Of a stretch of DNA of 64,000 bases, positions 51,834 through 64,000 are shown one piece after another (position 1 is the stretch's first letter; each line of letters opens with the position of its first letter). The DNA comes from Tubiluchus corallicola (taxonomy: Eukaryota > Animalia > Priapulida): assembly GCA_030141605.1 (NCBI GenBank), contig JAQGDQ010000225.1, positions 124,001-188,000 on the forward strand. Reading direction: 5' to 3'. Made by a program: the position numbers and the translations under genes. The notes under the pieces were generated by a model. It had not been told where the DNA came from. It did not search any database and saw only the letters and a program-made list of their open reading frames with translations.

Positions 51834-51850
51834 CTCTCTCGTTCTCTCAT
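51781..51850. repeat. (CT)n microsatellite
   Basis: Direct read. Confidence 0.95.
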
Positions 51851-54170
51851 CTATCTATCTATCTCTTTCCCTCCCCACTTGCATAAAAAACTTTGGTTTC
51901 AGATAGAATACTCTTTTGTTTTTATCTAAATTACTATAAACCTGAATACCATTTGATTTATTAATACATAGCGCTACCCGTCTTTACAATGTGTTTTAAT
52001 GAACCCTTCATTATTGCCTGGGAAATTTTAACCACAGAACAAACGGCACAGCTAGAAAGATGTATCCATCATGTTGAGGTGTATCCTTATCCTGAATTTT
52101 TTGGGTAGGAAATCCTGGACTTCTCTCTTCAGAAATCTGTCCAGGATAACCTTCTAGCCTCTCAAAAACTGATTATCTAATCTGCCTTTTGGAGTTTGTT
52201 TTCACTCGTATTCCAACTTTAGAACAGATCTTCTTGGAAGAACAATTGTTCGGTCGATAAAGCATATGAAATTGCCGCCCCAGGAATTGAACCTGAAGCC
52301 TTGCAAGTTTTATCGCTCTTGCACCATTTTTGCTAAATATAATTTTACGCTTTTTTGGAAGGTGAAGCAAGACTAAAATTAGTAAACGTTTTTTCATTGT
52401 TGATTAAATCTGTCTTATGTGTGCAATGGTGGTTCAATAAACAAACAATGTATAGTACATAATGTTCATGTATTCATATATACATATAATACAAAACACA
52501 TTATGTCTAATGTGTATAGCATATTGGACTAACACACCTCTTCTGGTTTAAAGTTGCATCTTATTATTAAGATTGTTAACAAGATAGGTACTGATCCCAC
52601 CACCATCCACGTACATGTGCAGCCATGCAGTACTGCATTCTGGTTACATTGTTCCAAACCATGGCGAGGAGAACTAGATTACAAACATACATTACACATT
52701 AATTTTACACACATTTGTGAATTTCACTGTATGCCGAAATTGCATAATCAAAGTCAAAATCAATTATGTCATCCGTGTTAAAAAGGTAAAAGTCTGCAAC
52801 TGCATTAACAAGGAAGTTAACACAATCTTGTCAAGATAAAATCATCTCTGAGTTTGTTACCGTAACCCCCCAAAAGCTATTAAAAAATAAATGACAAACT
52901 TCTTTGGGTACAAAATATCCCAATACTTCTCATTTATTTTTTATTTACTTATATGAGGGTCTGTGCAATCATTTTAGCACACAAAAGTGTTCTACAGGAA
53001 TGGGAGGCTGTCACGTTTGCTTTACATTGGCATTCAGTAAATTTCAGTTAGAGTTTGCTCCCACTTTAGTCATTGTTCTTCCGTCCTTTTATATTTCTTT
53101 CCTAATAGTGTTTAGAATAAAAAATTGTAAAATGTATGCGATAAAAAGATAACACCGACATTTCAGATATGGAATTTTTCCTGTTTGTGATGATATAAGC
53201 AAGTAATCTCTCTTTAGCCAGTATGCAAGGTATCAACTCACAAAGACACTGTATCGATTTCTTATAAAACACGAACTTTATGTCCGACACTGTTTTTGTA
53301 GAGCTTACACACGAGAGTAAATTATATTGTTTGAACAAGATAAAGGCATTCTTGCATAATTTGTTTACAGCAATCTGTCGAATTAATGAGATATTTTACC
53401 AGTTTATATTGTACAGATGGCTCTGTGCAATTTACATGCAGCCCTAGCTACAACAAAGTTAACAATGCTATACCAATGTTATACAGGCTGAGAATGCGAA
53501 AATCTAATATTGGTTAGTACGTGGCAATTGGCAAATTGATCCCATCTCTAAAGTGCTTTAATACGAAGCACCCTAATGCGCAATATATGTAACATATATC
53601 ATATTAAACTACTTAGGTTACCATGTAGAGAACTGTATGTGACCATGTGCATGCCTATAATATTATTGACCACATGCTCCATCTAATATTAATATACGGC
53701 TTTCACAAAGCTATGTAGGTAGGAGAGATGGATCAATAATATTTTTTCTCAGCTGTTCAAACTCATCGAGCGCATTGTGTGAAGACCCCTTTAGTACAAA
53801 CAAACCTGTAATCCTCACATTTGCTTTAACATGTCCAGCGATGGCATTTTGTTTGAGGAGGTTATGTGAATAAACACTTCCCTGTGTTCTGCAGATGATG
53901 GAAATAGATCGTAATATAATAATAGTGGATAAAGCTTGGATAATGTTATTGTATCTCTGGATACAAATTTCTCAGCATATAAATGTGATACACTACAAGT
54001 CAAACTGTGTAACAAACTGCATCCTTTCACAGAGGATTAATAATCGACACTGTCTCCAAATTCATTCGGGAAGGCACAGGTTCAATTCCACATCCGAGTT
54101 GTTTAAAAACTTTTAGTAATACGTTACTAGCTGTTTCTCCGTCAGATGATAGAACTAGTGGATCTGCAAA

Positions 54171-54566
54171 CAGGGTTCCCACGGTCAGGGAAAATCCTTA
54201 AAATACAAGCTATCCTGGAAAGACATGGAAAAGTCAGGGAAAATGATGAAAATGGGGCAAAAAATCAGGGAAATAGGAAAGGGTTGCAAACATAATCACT
54301 GTGAATCGATATTTTTTCAAACGTACTTTTCAGCGATTCGTATTCAAATGAAATTTTGCTATGGCATTCTCCCAGTTTCGATTTCTGTTCCAAAAATAAT
54401 GATTGGCTGACACATTATGTATCAGTATATGTATGAATGTCCATACACAAAAATGTATGAATATGTATACTACTAATGCAATTTCTGCTTATCTTGGTCA
54501 TAGAAAATCAATATTTGGCCAGGGAAAAGTCAGGGAAATTTATTTTAAAATTCTGGGAGAACCTTG
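54171..54566. mobile_element. hAT-like MITE
   Basis: CAGGGTTC...GAACCTTG ends, repeated TCAGGGAAA motifs, partial TSD TGCAAA. Confidence 0.6.
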
Positions 54567-55167
54567 TGCAAAGTTCTTAGTTGTCAATGATGGGACAAGT
54601 CTTTTACATCACTTACTTATGATGTAGAAATACAAAGTAAGCGTAGTTCAGCATCTTCTTCGAAGTAGGCGTTAAACAGGCAAAATTATATTCTAAAAGG
54701 CTGTGCTCTGCAATGATTTGTTGCTGCTTTGATGCTGCATGTTGTATCTTCAGGTTGACCAGGTTTCAAGTAGCAAGCACAATCAACTAGATCAAAGTGT
54801 AAAGCAAACTAGTGTTTGAAAAAAATTTGAAAGCAGGTCGCTGAAATATGCCAAGAGATGTTTTCCTGCCAAGCTAATTAACCTTAACAGAAGTAACACT
54901 AACACCTTACCCAGGGTGGTTGATTTTGCAGTGACCCTTAATGCATAAAGGGCTCTCTAAGAACCAATACACATTGATTCACCATGGTAACATCAACCTC
55001 TCTGTAATCTGCCTTCAAGATTTTCTGTATGCAGTTTCTATTCTGGCAACTGAAAAGTCACCGAGGCCTTCGGTAATTGCTCATTAGTTCTGGTCATTAT
55101 GCTGAGATGTTTCATCCAGATTTCCTGTAAATTAAATCACAGCATGGCAGTGTCTTTCTGATGTATG

Positions 55168-55670
55168 ATTTGACATTATGCAACACAAAAACTTACAAAA
55201 TGACCTTATACAATGTGACATTGTGCAGTCCATAAGCTATAACATACCTAAACATTTGAATTTCTGCAGTGTATGCTGCAAGACTATTTGAACAGTTTGA
55301 CATTGTGCGGTACATAAGCTATAACACAACTCAGACAATTTAACTTTGTGCAATACCTAAGGTATACAACATTACTTGAGAATATTTTAACTTTGTGCAG
55401 TATGCAAAACACAATATTACCTGTATAATTAGACATTGTGCAGTGCATAAGCTACAATATTACTGAAACAATTTGACACTGTGCAATACCTATGGTACAA
55501 CATTATCTGTACAATTTCACATTATGCAGTACATAAAACACAATATTTCTTGTACAATTTGACATTGTGTAATTCATCAGCTACAGTGCTATTCAAACAA
55601 TTGGACATTGTTCAATATATGTAGGTTACAGCACTAGCAGAACAATTTGACATTGTGTATTACAAAAGCT
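55168..55670. repeat. Diverged ~42-bp minisatellite x ~12
   Basis: Core CAATTTGACATTGTGCAGTACATAAGCTA recurs. Confidence 0.85.
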
Positions 55671-57929
55671 GCTTGATTGAAGTACATATTGGTGTGACCA
55701 TTAAGTGATAACTCACTGCAAACACTGCACCAGCCATCTAAAAACATAATTCTGCTGAGGTGAGCTGTGGTGCTGAATAGGTGCATCCTTAGTGTAAGGC
55801 ATTGCTGCGTAGCTATGTGACAGTGACTTTTAACCTTTTGACCTTGTAAGCGTGGCTGCGTTATAGCACGTGTTCCACATATCCTTTCCCGCTAAATTTA
55901 GTTTTATTTTAACGGTTGGCAATTTTCAGCGAACTTACACCTCAACTGTCTTCTTAACTTCATAAACAAGACACTTAGATACTTAGGAAGTGGGTGCCTT
56001 GTTTACGAAACCAAGCAAATCACATGTGTTGTTTGATAACATATTTCACCTTTGAGTACTGCGTGTACTCAAGTGCACCTGAAAAACTTTCTTTCTGTCT
56101 GTTTACTGAGAAGGCAGGTGGTTTAGAAGATGTGGATTATCTGCCAAGCCATACTTCCTATAGTACTGATTGCAGACGTGTAGCTTTCATTATCCATGGC
56201 TTCCTAATCTGCCTCAGTCAGGCACGGCGAGCGTCATTGCCGCGTGTGTAATCAGCCATTTTCACTTTATTCCTAATCCTGGCTCGTATTAGTTAATTGA
56301 GGACCCGCGTACGTGTTTGATTTTAAGCGAATTCATTAACACCCTTTATGGCTTTCCTCCATTTCATTGGCCATCCACGTCATTGCAAATGCCCAAAATT
56401 TAAAATATCTTATCTGTTTATTTAGTTCCTCTCCGCTCCGCGCTTTGAGGTTTTCATTAATCTTTGAAAAGCCATCTGTTTTTGGGACGTGTCAGTTTCG
56501 TCCTCTTTCTTGCAGATGAGTAATTTGCCAAATGGATTTTTTGCTTACAACGGGCGCAGAGCGCCTAGTTAAATTTTACAACCGTCACTTTTGATTGCAG
56601 ACATTGTCATTCAACAAAAGATTTGTAATAAAACAAATTAATTATTAAGTCCTACTAAACTCTCACTAAAATATAAGTCTTACAACTTAAAATCCTATTC
56701 GCATTACGAATATTTACTTTCTTTTATTATAAACTTATTGTAATACTTGTTTCTTCTGATTTTTTATCATTTCCTTGTTAGCGGTACTAAATTTGAAGAA
56801 TTGCCATTTTTCGTTGCGCGAGACGAATGACTTTATGAGTACAGACACGAGGTCGCCAAATATCGGTAACCAAAGAGGCTTTCTGTACCTCATGCGTCAT
56901 TCTTGCTGACTCGCGCCAAAAAAGTCGCGAAACGTGGCAATCTTTACAACAATGCACGCATTCAAAATTCGATAGAAAAAGATAAGTTATTTAATTTACA
57001 AGTCTCTTTTGTTTAATATTAAGTATGAATTGTTTGTGTAATAATATTAATGCCCTAAAAAGGTTCAATGTCTGTTGAGGGTTATATATGCCTTTAATGA
57101 CAAGAATAGTGACAGTGAATTTAAAAAATTCCACGATTAAATAACAAGGAAAAAGAAAGAAAGACGACATTTCAAATGTGAAAATCTTCATCTAAAAAGC
57201 AAATAAATCACATTAAATTACTAACACTCGTATTTTTTGTGTGTATTTGTATTGTTAACAAATAAAATTAACGCACTAAAAAGATACAAGCACGTAGAAA
57301 ACAGTGGATAACCTGATACACATATTGCAACAATTTTGAGGATTAACCAATATTGACCAGTTCTGCTGGACTATAAAGTTTTCTGCCACCAGAGCAATGT
57401 CATTTTCAAGATCCGATAGAAGTGCGTCCTAAAGGATGGCTATATGCCCTGAGCGTATTTCAGTTTCACTTCTCTAAACGACACTAGAACATTCCTTGCA
57501 TGATAAGAAAAATCTGTGCATCGCCTCACCGGCGCACTGCTTGTTGATTTTGCGATGAGAAATTGCTCACATTATAAGATTTGTTTAACTGTGATGCAGT
57601 GTGTTGCACAGGTGTTTTGGCACTGAAGCCTAGCTCGTTGTCAGTGATAATCCTAATCCTCTCTAAGCTGAGCCACAATTCTAAACTGGCGGAGATGTTT
57701 TATTTGGGTGTGCATGCTTCGTTTCTCAGTGAGGGAAATAGCTAACACAAAATTACAGATAAAATTGCTCAGAAGTAATTTTTTTACCGTTACCTGTCCA
57801 TTTACTGAGCAGGCTCAGTGTTGTTCACTGTGTTATAATAATCGTAATAATAATCTTTATTTAAAGTCGGCTTTTAAATAAACAGTTAACATAAGCTCAA
57901 CGAGCTTTGGCCAACTGTAAATAACAACA

Positions 57930-58090
57930 AAAGAGAAACTATTATTACCCCACTTTTACCCTCAATACCACGTGCCAGGGAGGGCAACATTAGATATCGT
58001 TTTTAAAGTCTTTGGTATGACCTGCCGCAGTAGCGAACTCATGACCATCCTAGATGGAAAGCAAATGCGTTACTACTAGACTATACCATC
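57930..58090 (-). mobile_element. SINE-like repeat
   Basis: TTTAAAGTCTTTGGTATGACC...GAACTCATGACC, the reverse of a tRNA-like head plus conserved core. Confidence 0.5.
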
Positions 58091-58933
58091 TGGTCATATG
58101 CTAATTTTATTATTTCATTTTGAAGTGTGTTGTTTTGCAGATATTTTTCACTTGGGTAGTATTTGAGATTTTATGGGACAAGCACACTGGAATACATAGT
58201 ATTTATTTGTAAGATTTTATAAGTTCTTTGCTGATTGTAGTGCTAAAATTAACTCTTTGCCAATCATGTAACACATCATGACACTTTTAAATTTAACCTA
58301 AGCTTCATTTTATCATCAGCTTTAAGCTTGCTTGTTAATAGGTAGAAGTACGTTATTAAATTTTACAATAAAAGTGCGTTTTTTCTAAAAACAGTAATTT
58401 TTTATTATTTCTGCTTGGCTTAACAATCAGGTGTGTGCGTGAAACTGAGACTTCTTAATAACTTATACAGATTTTCAAACTTCCAATGCTTTTTAACCAA
58501 GGCCGATTTCATGCTTGGACTAAAAACAAACTTTGTTTGCTTATACAGTTACATTCCAACATGATCCATTTATTGTGTGTAAATCTGTTTCGCTATGTAC
58601 AAATTGTTTGATTTTAAACACAGGCTAAAACACTGCTGCTTACCCGGTGGTAATTTTTCATCAAAGTCATATAGAGGTAGTAGGGCTTTATGAACTACTG
58701 AAAACGATTTAACACTTAGCTTATGGTTGGACTTAAATGTTTCTTATAATAGAGCTTATTTGCTATTTTAAGAGTGAGTGAAGTAATCAGTAATCTATTT
58801 TGAATCAACTGTCTCATAAAGTGTCTAGTCAACACTGTATGTAATAATTAATTATAAATAATTTATATGTGTAACCTATAATTTAAATTTTAAAAATCAA
58901 CCTTTGGGAGTCATCAGTTGTATTAAAGCTGCT

Positions 58934-59223
58934 ACAGGATGAGAGATAAATTTATATTTTTAATGATTTTTTGTGGTAGTTACAGTATGTTTTTTAATAA
59001 GAAGGATTGAATTTGTTGCTTGTACTATCGTCTTCTGGCAACAAGTGAAAAATGTCAAAGGACTGTCATATTTAACAAACAGGATGAGAAATTAATTTAT
59101 AATTTTGTGAAAATTTTTTTTGTTTTTACAGTGTTTTCTAATAAGAACATTTGAATTTATTGTTTGTGCTACCACCTTTTGGCAACAATTGAAAGCTGTC
59201 AAAAGATTGCCATATTTAACAAT
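58934..59223. repeat. Diverged ~145-bp tandem duplication
   Basis: Two units each begin ACAGGATGAGA and end CATATTTAACAA. Confidence 0.8.
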
Positions 59224-59241
59224 CACCTCCACTTGTTACAG

Positions 59242-59473
59242 GATGGACGGACAAAATATGCCACGAAGTTTTCCCAACATTCCACGTGTTCCATCGACTG
59301 GAGACTGTATTGCCAGCCGGAAAACTCCCGATGTGCAGTCATTGGGTAAGACGTCAGAACTCACAGTGCCAAAGAAGATTCCAGAGGTTTCCTCCACCGG
59401 TAGCTTGTCGGATGCACCAAAGAGCTCAAAGTCTGACCAGAAGTCTGATAAAAAGAAGAAGACATGGTACAAT
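59242..59473 (+). CDS. GRAMD1B: GRAMD1/Aster-like exon immediately before the GRAM domain
   Basis: Ends ...SDKKKKTWYN|GTAAGT, matching the GRAMD1A/B 'KK.QSWYN-VLSPTYK' segment preceding the GRAM domain; ttacag acceptor, phase 2. The GRAM exon itself is not in the window. Confidence 0.78.
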
Positions 59474-59494
59474 GTAAGTACTCTCAAGTGATAA

Positions 59495-60335
59495 CTCTCC
59501 TTTTTACTTCACTACTTTATTCTTTAGTTCACTACTTTACTCTTTACTTTATGACTTTACTCTTACTTCACTACTTTATTCTTTAGTTCACTACTTTGCT
59601 CTTTACTTTACTACTTTACTCTTGCTTCTCAACCTTATTACTGCTTCTCTACTTTTTTCTTTACTTCTCTTCTTTACTCTTTACTTCTCTACATTATTCT
59701 GTACTTTTCTACTTTACTCTTCATTTCTCTACTTTGTGTTTTACTTTACTCTTCTGTACTTTGCTCTTACTTCATTACTTTACTCTTTCTTCTGTATCTT
59801 ACTCTTACTTTACTCTTTACTTTTCTACTTTACTCTTACTTCTCTACTTTACTCTTCATTTCTCTACTTTATGTTTTACTTTACTCTTTACTTCTGTACT
59901 TTGCTCTTACTTCATTACTTTACTCTTTTGTCCATATTTTACTCTAACTTTACTCTTTACTTTACTACTTTACTCTTACTTCTCTACCTTGCTCTTTACT
60001 TTTCTACTTTACTCTTTACTTTTCTGTTGTACTCTTACTTTACTCAACTTTTCTACTTTACTCTTACTTCTCTACTTTATTCTTTACTTCTCTATTTTAC
60101 TCTTACTTCTTTATTTTCTGTACTTTTTGCTTTGCCTTAGGTTTACTTCCCTTCATTTTGTCCTTTAGTAAGCTATTTTGTTACGTTTTTTTAATTTCCT
60201 CTGCTTTACTTTGCTCTACTTTTTCTTTGCTTTACTTTACTTTGCTCACTTTACATTGCATCACTGTTCTTTACTTTACTTTAATTTACTTTGTTTTGCT
60301 TTCTTTATGTTACTTAACTTCACTTCTCTACTTCA
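59495..60335. repeat. (TACTT/CTCTT)-type pyrimidine-rich low-complexity array
   Basis: Direct read; yields spurious L/F/Y/T ORFs. Confidence 0.92.
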
Positions 60336-61382
60336 GTTTGACTAACATTTGTTACATTTTCGTCACTCATTTATTCCTATATTTATCTTTTCTGGGTTGA
60401 ATGACAATGGGGTTTTGATGGGAAATCTTGAACTAGTTAATTTACCAGTGTTACTTAATGCGCATGCGCGCCTATCTCACGCCGATGGATAAAAGTTCAC
60501 TGCTCTGCTTCTACGGCAGCTCATGCCATATCTTCGACCAATCACTGCTCGCCTCTGTACACAGCTCAAACCGGCTCAAAAACTATTTATTTGCTCATTA
60601 TGTGCATGTTTATTGGTTGGAAATACTTAATAATTTCGAAATTTCTTTTCATGTATGATTTTATTCTGTTTCCGCAATTACTGAACGAATGTACTGTGGA
60701 ATACATATTTTTGATTAGTTTTGATCTTCAGTTGAATAAACTCAGGCACCGTAGGACTGTTAAAATGCGGTTGATCAACTAAGCCAGCGTGTGGTTTTCG
60801 TAAACCTGTCAAATGTACCTGACATTTCAGTTTATTTATGGAAGAAAACTATCACAGGCTTCACCAACTGTTGCCTGTGCAGCAGTCATTCGTACTTGTC
60901 GAAACATTTGACAACAAAATCACAGTGTGTTCTGCGTGATAGTTACTGCATACCTACCTATTAATCGACTAGACAATCAAACTGACATCGTTTCCTAGTG
61001 TCAGCGATGTGTACTCGGCTTTGAATTTGCTATCACTGATTTCAAGTTCCCAGTATTACTGTAGCGTGGGAGTGGTGTGAGACTGAGCGCATTAAAACTT
61101 ACAATGTGTGAAATATTTCATTGTTTTATAAGTCCGGTGTTCCTGATTGAAGGCAGCTTCGCATTGTAATAAGTGCACGTTACAAATTTACGATACACTA
61201 AGTCAGAGAATATTATATCCGCAAAGCGTAACGCCAGTGCAGAAATCTCCGTCCAATTGTATAATATTTCATCGGCTTTTATAAAGTGACGTTTCGAGTA
61301 CATATTAATAAAGGTTTAAGTGGCAAGTTGGTACAAATTTTCATCGCTTCGTTTAGTAGTCAAATTAACGTAATTATAATAC

Positions 61383-61408
61383 ATATATATATATATATAT
61401 ATACATAT
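61383..61408. repeat. (TA)n microsatellite
   Basis: Direct read. Confidence 0.9.
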
Positions 61409-62146
61409 AATCTTCTAATGGTGTGTGGTTATTTGAACTCCATTTTGACAAAACCTTTATTGTGAATCACTGCTTTGGTGTTGACTTTTTTGACACGCAA
61501 ATTGTCCGTTTTCGTTTATTTTCAGCCTTGGGCAGACCGATTGCGCATAATGCATATTTTGCCCCGGTCCTTGACTTGTCAAATCTAGTAGGGGCTTTGT
61601 ACTGAGTGGATTTAGCACTCTAAAAGCTTTGCGTTCGCGTAAGATTGACCGTATGTCGCGGTGACGCGACGGGGTAAAATTCCTGGAAAGTTCGTGTAAA
61701 ATCCGGCTAATATTCAGTACAGATCGCGGCGGTCACGCATTCGAGTCAGTGTCGGTTTCGCTTCGCGTAATACATACTTCCGCTTTCTTAGTCTTGTCAA
61801 AAGTGTGATGCGTTTCCTCGCGGTTTGAAATCTGCGCTTGTTGATAGATTTGAAACTTTAATAACGATAGACTTAGACCATTTGCGGTGCTATGTTGACT
61901 GCTGAAATCGAATGGAAAACGGCAGCAGAGAAATTATCTTGTGCATTACCTAATATACCTTATATAAGGTATCTGACTGTTCTTATACACATTTCTGTAT
62001 TATTAGCTGGAACCTATGAACGTTTACTAGCAGTTCTCTAGGAGCGGTAATTTTTTTTTATTATACTGCAAAAGATTTGACTGGCAATTTGAAATAAGTT
62101 GAAAACCAGCAGTTAAATCATAGAGAGACGCGTGAAGTACAAGAGA

Positions 62147-62221
62147 ATGATGATAGGTCTGAACGAGACGCTGGAAGATATTGTAAAAGAAGTACGCAAT
62201 ACCGTGTACGACATTTCTGAC
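62147..62221 (+). CDS. Candidate alternative first exon for a short GRAMD1 isoform
   Basis: MMIGLNETLEDIVKEVRNTVYDISD|GTAAGT, phase 0; in-frame stop upstream; CpG-rich promoter-like tract at 61600-61840. Confidence 0.45.
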
Positions 62222-63048
62222 GTAAGTATGCGCATGTGCTGTAATGTCACACAAAAAATTGGGTATGGCAATGATTAACTTTTGATCATTGAGTTTAAAA
62301 AACTTGTTTAATTGCGGTTAATGATTCATTCGCCATGTGAAAGTAGCACTACTAAATCCACTTTCATGCATAAACCTTGACCACATATGAGGTAAGGTCC
62401 CGGCCTGGTTCTTTTTGGTCCATTTTACACACGCTTTTATCAACTCGGACCACGATAAGCCTTTTCACAGTTCCAGGGATCAATGATGATTGTGAAAAGG
62501 TCAAAGATTAAGTGTACCAGATAACCCATTTGTGTACACTCGACACCGCCTCACAGCCCAAGCTATTGTAATATTAACAGCTAACTAGAACCTTACCTCT
62601 TTTTTTTATTGTTCCCAAGCAAGATCCTGCTAGTAAATCACTCTGTGCACAGATTAATGCATAATTAAGTAAAGTCAATGTAAAACAGCTGAAGTTACTA
62701 AACTGATGCAGCAGACGGTTTTGCTCTATACACGTGTCATGTGAATGTTGTAGTTAAGGCCCGTTGCTGTGGTACACTTAACCTATGACCTACAGCAACT
62801 ACGCGTGCGCACAACGAAACTGCGAAAAGGCTTATTTGTGTACTCATTCACACTATCACATCCAAAATACAGGCGTAAAAGTCAAGCACAGACCTTGGAA
62901 TTTGTGGTTCTTCTTACTATCCTCAGTAATCTTGGCAAAACCTCAGCCCTTCTCACTGGTGGTGTATTTATAATAGGTTCCAATGATCAGGAGGGTCTTG
63001 GCTTTCAGCCACCTTCTGCCTTGTACAGACCCGGTTATAGGAGAGTAG

Positions 63049-64000
63049 ACCTTACCTTAGACCTTAGTCCTTCCTGCGCATTGATGCACATTGGGCAGAC
63101 AGCATTTTCCACTGAGTTCTATCGGCGGCTTCGTTCTCTACGTTTTCCCAACGTCTGTTGACAGCTCGAAGGTCTTCTTTGAAGGATCTGCGCCACGTTG
63201 TTTTTGGCCGACCTCTTTTTCGTTTCCCACCTGGTGGTTCCCACTGTACTGCTGTTTTGGCGTAGCGACTTTCTGATAGACGGAGAATATGTCCAGCCAG
63301 TTTCATTCTTCTCTCTGTAACTATATCTTGTAACCGCAATGACTGCGCTCGTTGAAGAACTTCTACATTGGTGACATGGTCGCGGTAGGAGATTTTTAGT
63401 ATCTTTCGAAGGCATTTTTGGTGGAAGACGTTCAGTTTCTTTGATAACTCCGCTGTGACTTTCCAGGTTTCGCTGGCATAGAGAGCCGTTGGCAGCACAA
63501 TGGCGTTGTACAGACGAAGTTTGATTTTCATGTCAATTTTCTTGCTTGTCCAGATTTTTCCCATCTTCCTAAATACTGCTGTTGCTTTGCCAATTCTCCC
63601 CCTGATGTCATTTTCTGTACCTCCATTACAGGTCATCACACTGCCCAGATATGAAAAACTGGTAACGTTCTTAACCATTTGGCCTCCCACTGTTATATGT
63701 ACATCATTCTGTTGGTTTGTCCACACTTTCAAAACTTTGGTCTTTTCTTGACTAATTCTCAATCCAATTTTTCCCGCTACTTCTTCCATACTTGTGGTCA
63801 GTTGTTGCAGGCTTTCTTTTGATGTTTCCAGAAGAGCTATATCGTCAGCAAAGTCCAGATCTGCCAATCGTTGTTGTTGTTTCCATTGCATTCCTAGATC
63901 TTTACCATCAACCGCCTTGTTCATGATGAAATCAATCGTCAGTAGGAACAGGAATGGCGACATAATGCAACCTTGCTTAACTCCAGTTTCGATGGTGAAA
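63049..64000 (-). mobile_element. RTE-clade non-LTR retrotransposon, 3' part (truncated by window edge)
   Basis: Uninterrupted ORF: TGVKQGCIMSP, LDFADD, FSYLGS, LYASETW, GKRKRGRPKTTW; short TAAGG-type repeat tail right after the stop. Confidence 0.95.
63064..63999 (-). CDS. RTE reverse transcriptase, C-terminal part
   Basis: RT motifs QG..SP and FADD plus the RTE-typical C-terminal RGRP..W; frame open to the window end. Confidence 0.92.
   Translation of the reverse strand, partial: FTIETGVKQGCIMSPFLFLLTIDFIMNKAVDGKDLGMQWKQQQRLADLDFADDIALLETSKESLQQLTTSMEEVAGKIGLRISQEKTKVLKVWTNQQNDVHITVGGQMVKNVTSFSYLGSVMTCNGGTENDIRGRIGKATAVFRKMGKIWTSKKIDMKIKLRLYNAIVLPTALYASETWKVTAELSKKLNVFHQKCLRKILKISYRDHVTNVEVLQRAQSLRLQDIVTERRMKLAGHILRLSESRYAKTAVQWEPPGGKRKRGRPKTTWRRSFKEDLRAVNRRWENVENEAADRTQWKMLSAQCASMRRKD

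Noticed and set aside
55168-55670. Repeat-spacer-like array
   Set aside because: Whole units are homologous (diverged minisatellite), not constant repeats with unique spacers
59596-60400. Long hydrophobic ORFs (190, 172 and 80 aa)
   Set aside because: Translation of a TACTT/CTCTT low-complexity array that lacks stop codons by composition
62769-63751. Plus-strand and alternate-frame ORFs at the right edge
   Set aside because: Shadows of the RTE reverse transcriptase ORF

Overview
AT-rich eukaryotic (invertebrate animal-type) genomic DNA with GT-AG spliceosomal introns; the organism cannot be identified from the sequence alone. Minus strand: the first four coding exons of METAP1 (the gene runs off the left edge) and a complete 12-exon RBBP5 (1497-nt CDS, 498 aa by manual splicing). 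Plus strand: the 5' part of a GRAMD1/Aster-like gene, built from phase-2 low-complexity exons and ending in the diagnostic 'KKKTWYN|' exon. It probably starts head-to-head with RBBP5. Inside its probable ~19-kb first intron, on the opposite strand, lies a tandem cluster of three alignable 58-65 aa two-transmembrane microprotein ORFs (conserved intramembrane H/N and Asp) with shared CRE + RFX X-box upstream modules, plus a 110-aa signal-peptide/TM ORF. This cluster is the best candidate for an undescribed system. The rest is MITEs (hAT-like, Tc1/mariner-like, TGT..ACA type), tRNA-derived SINEs, CR1 fragments, mini/microsatellites and an intact RTE LINE ORF at the right edge. All gene models were derived by eye, with no expression data or database searches.
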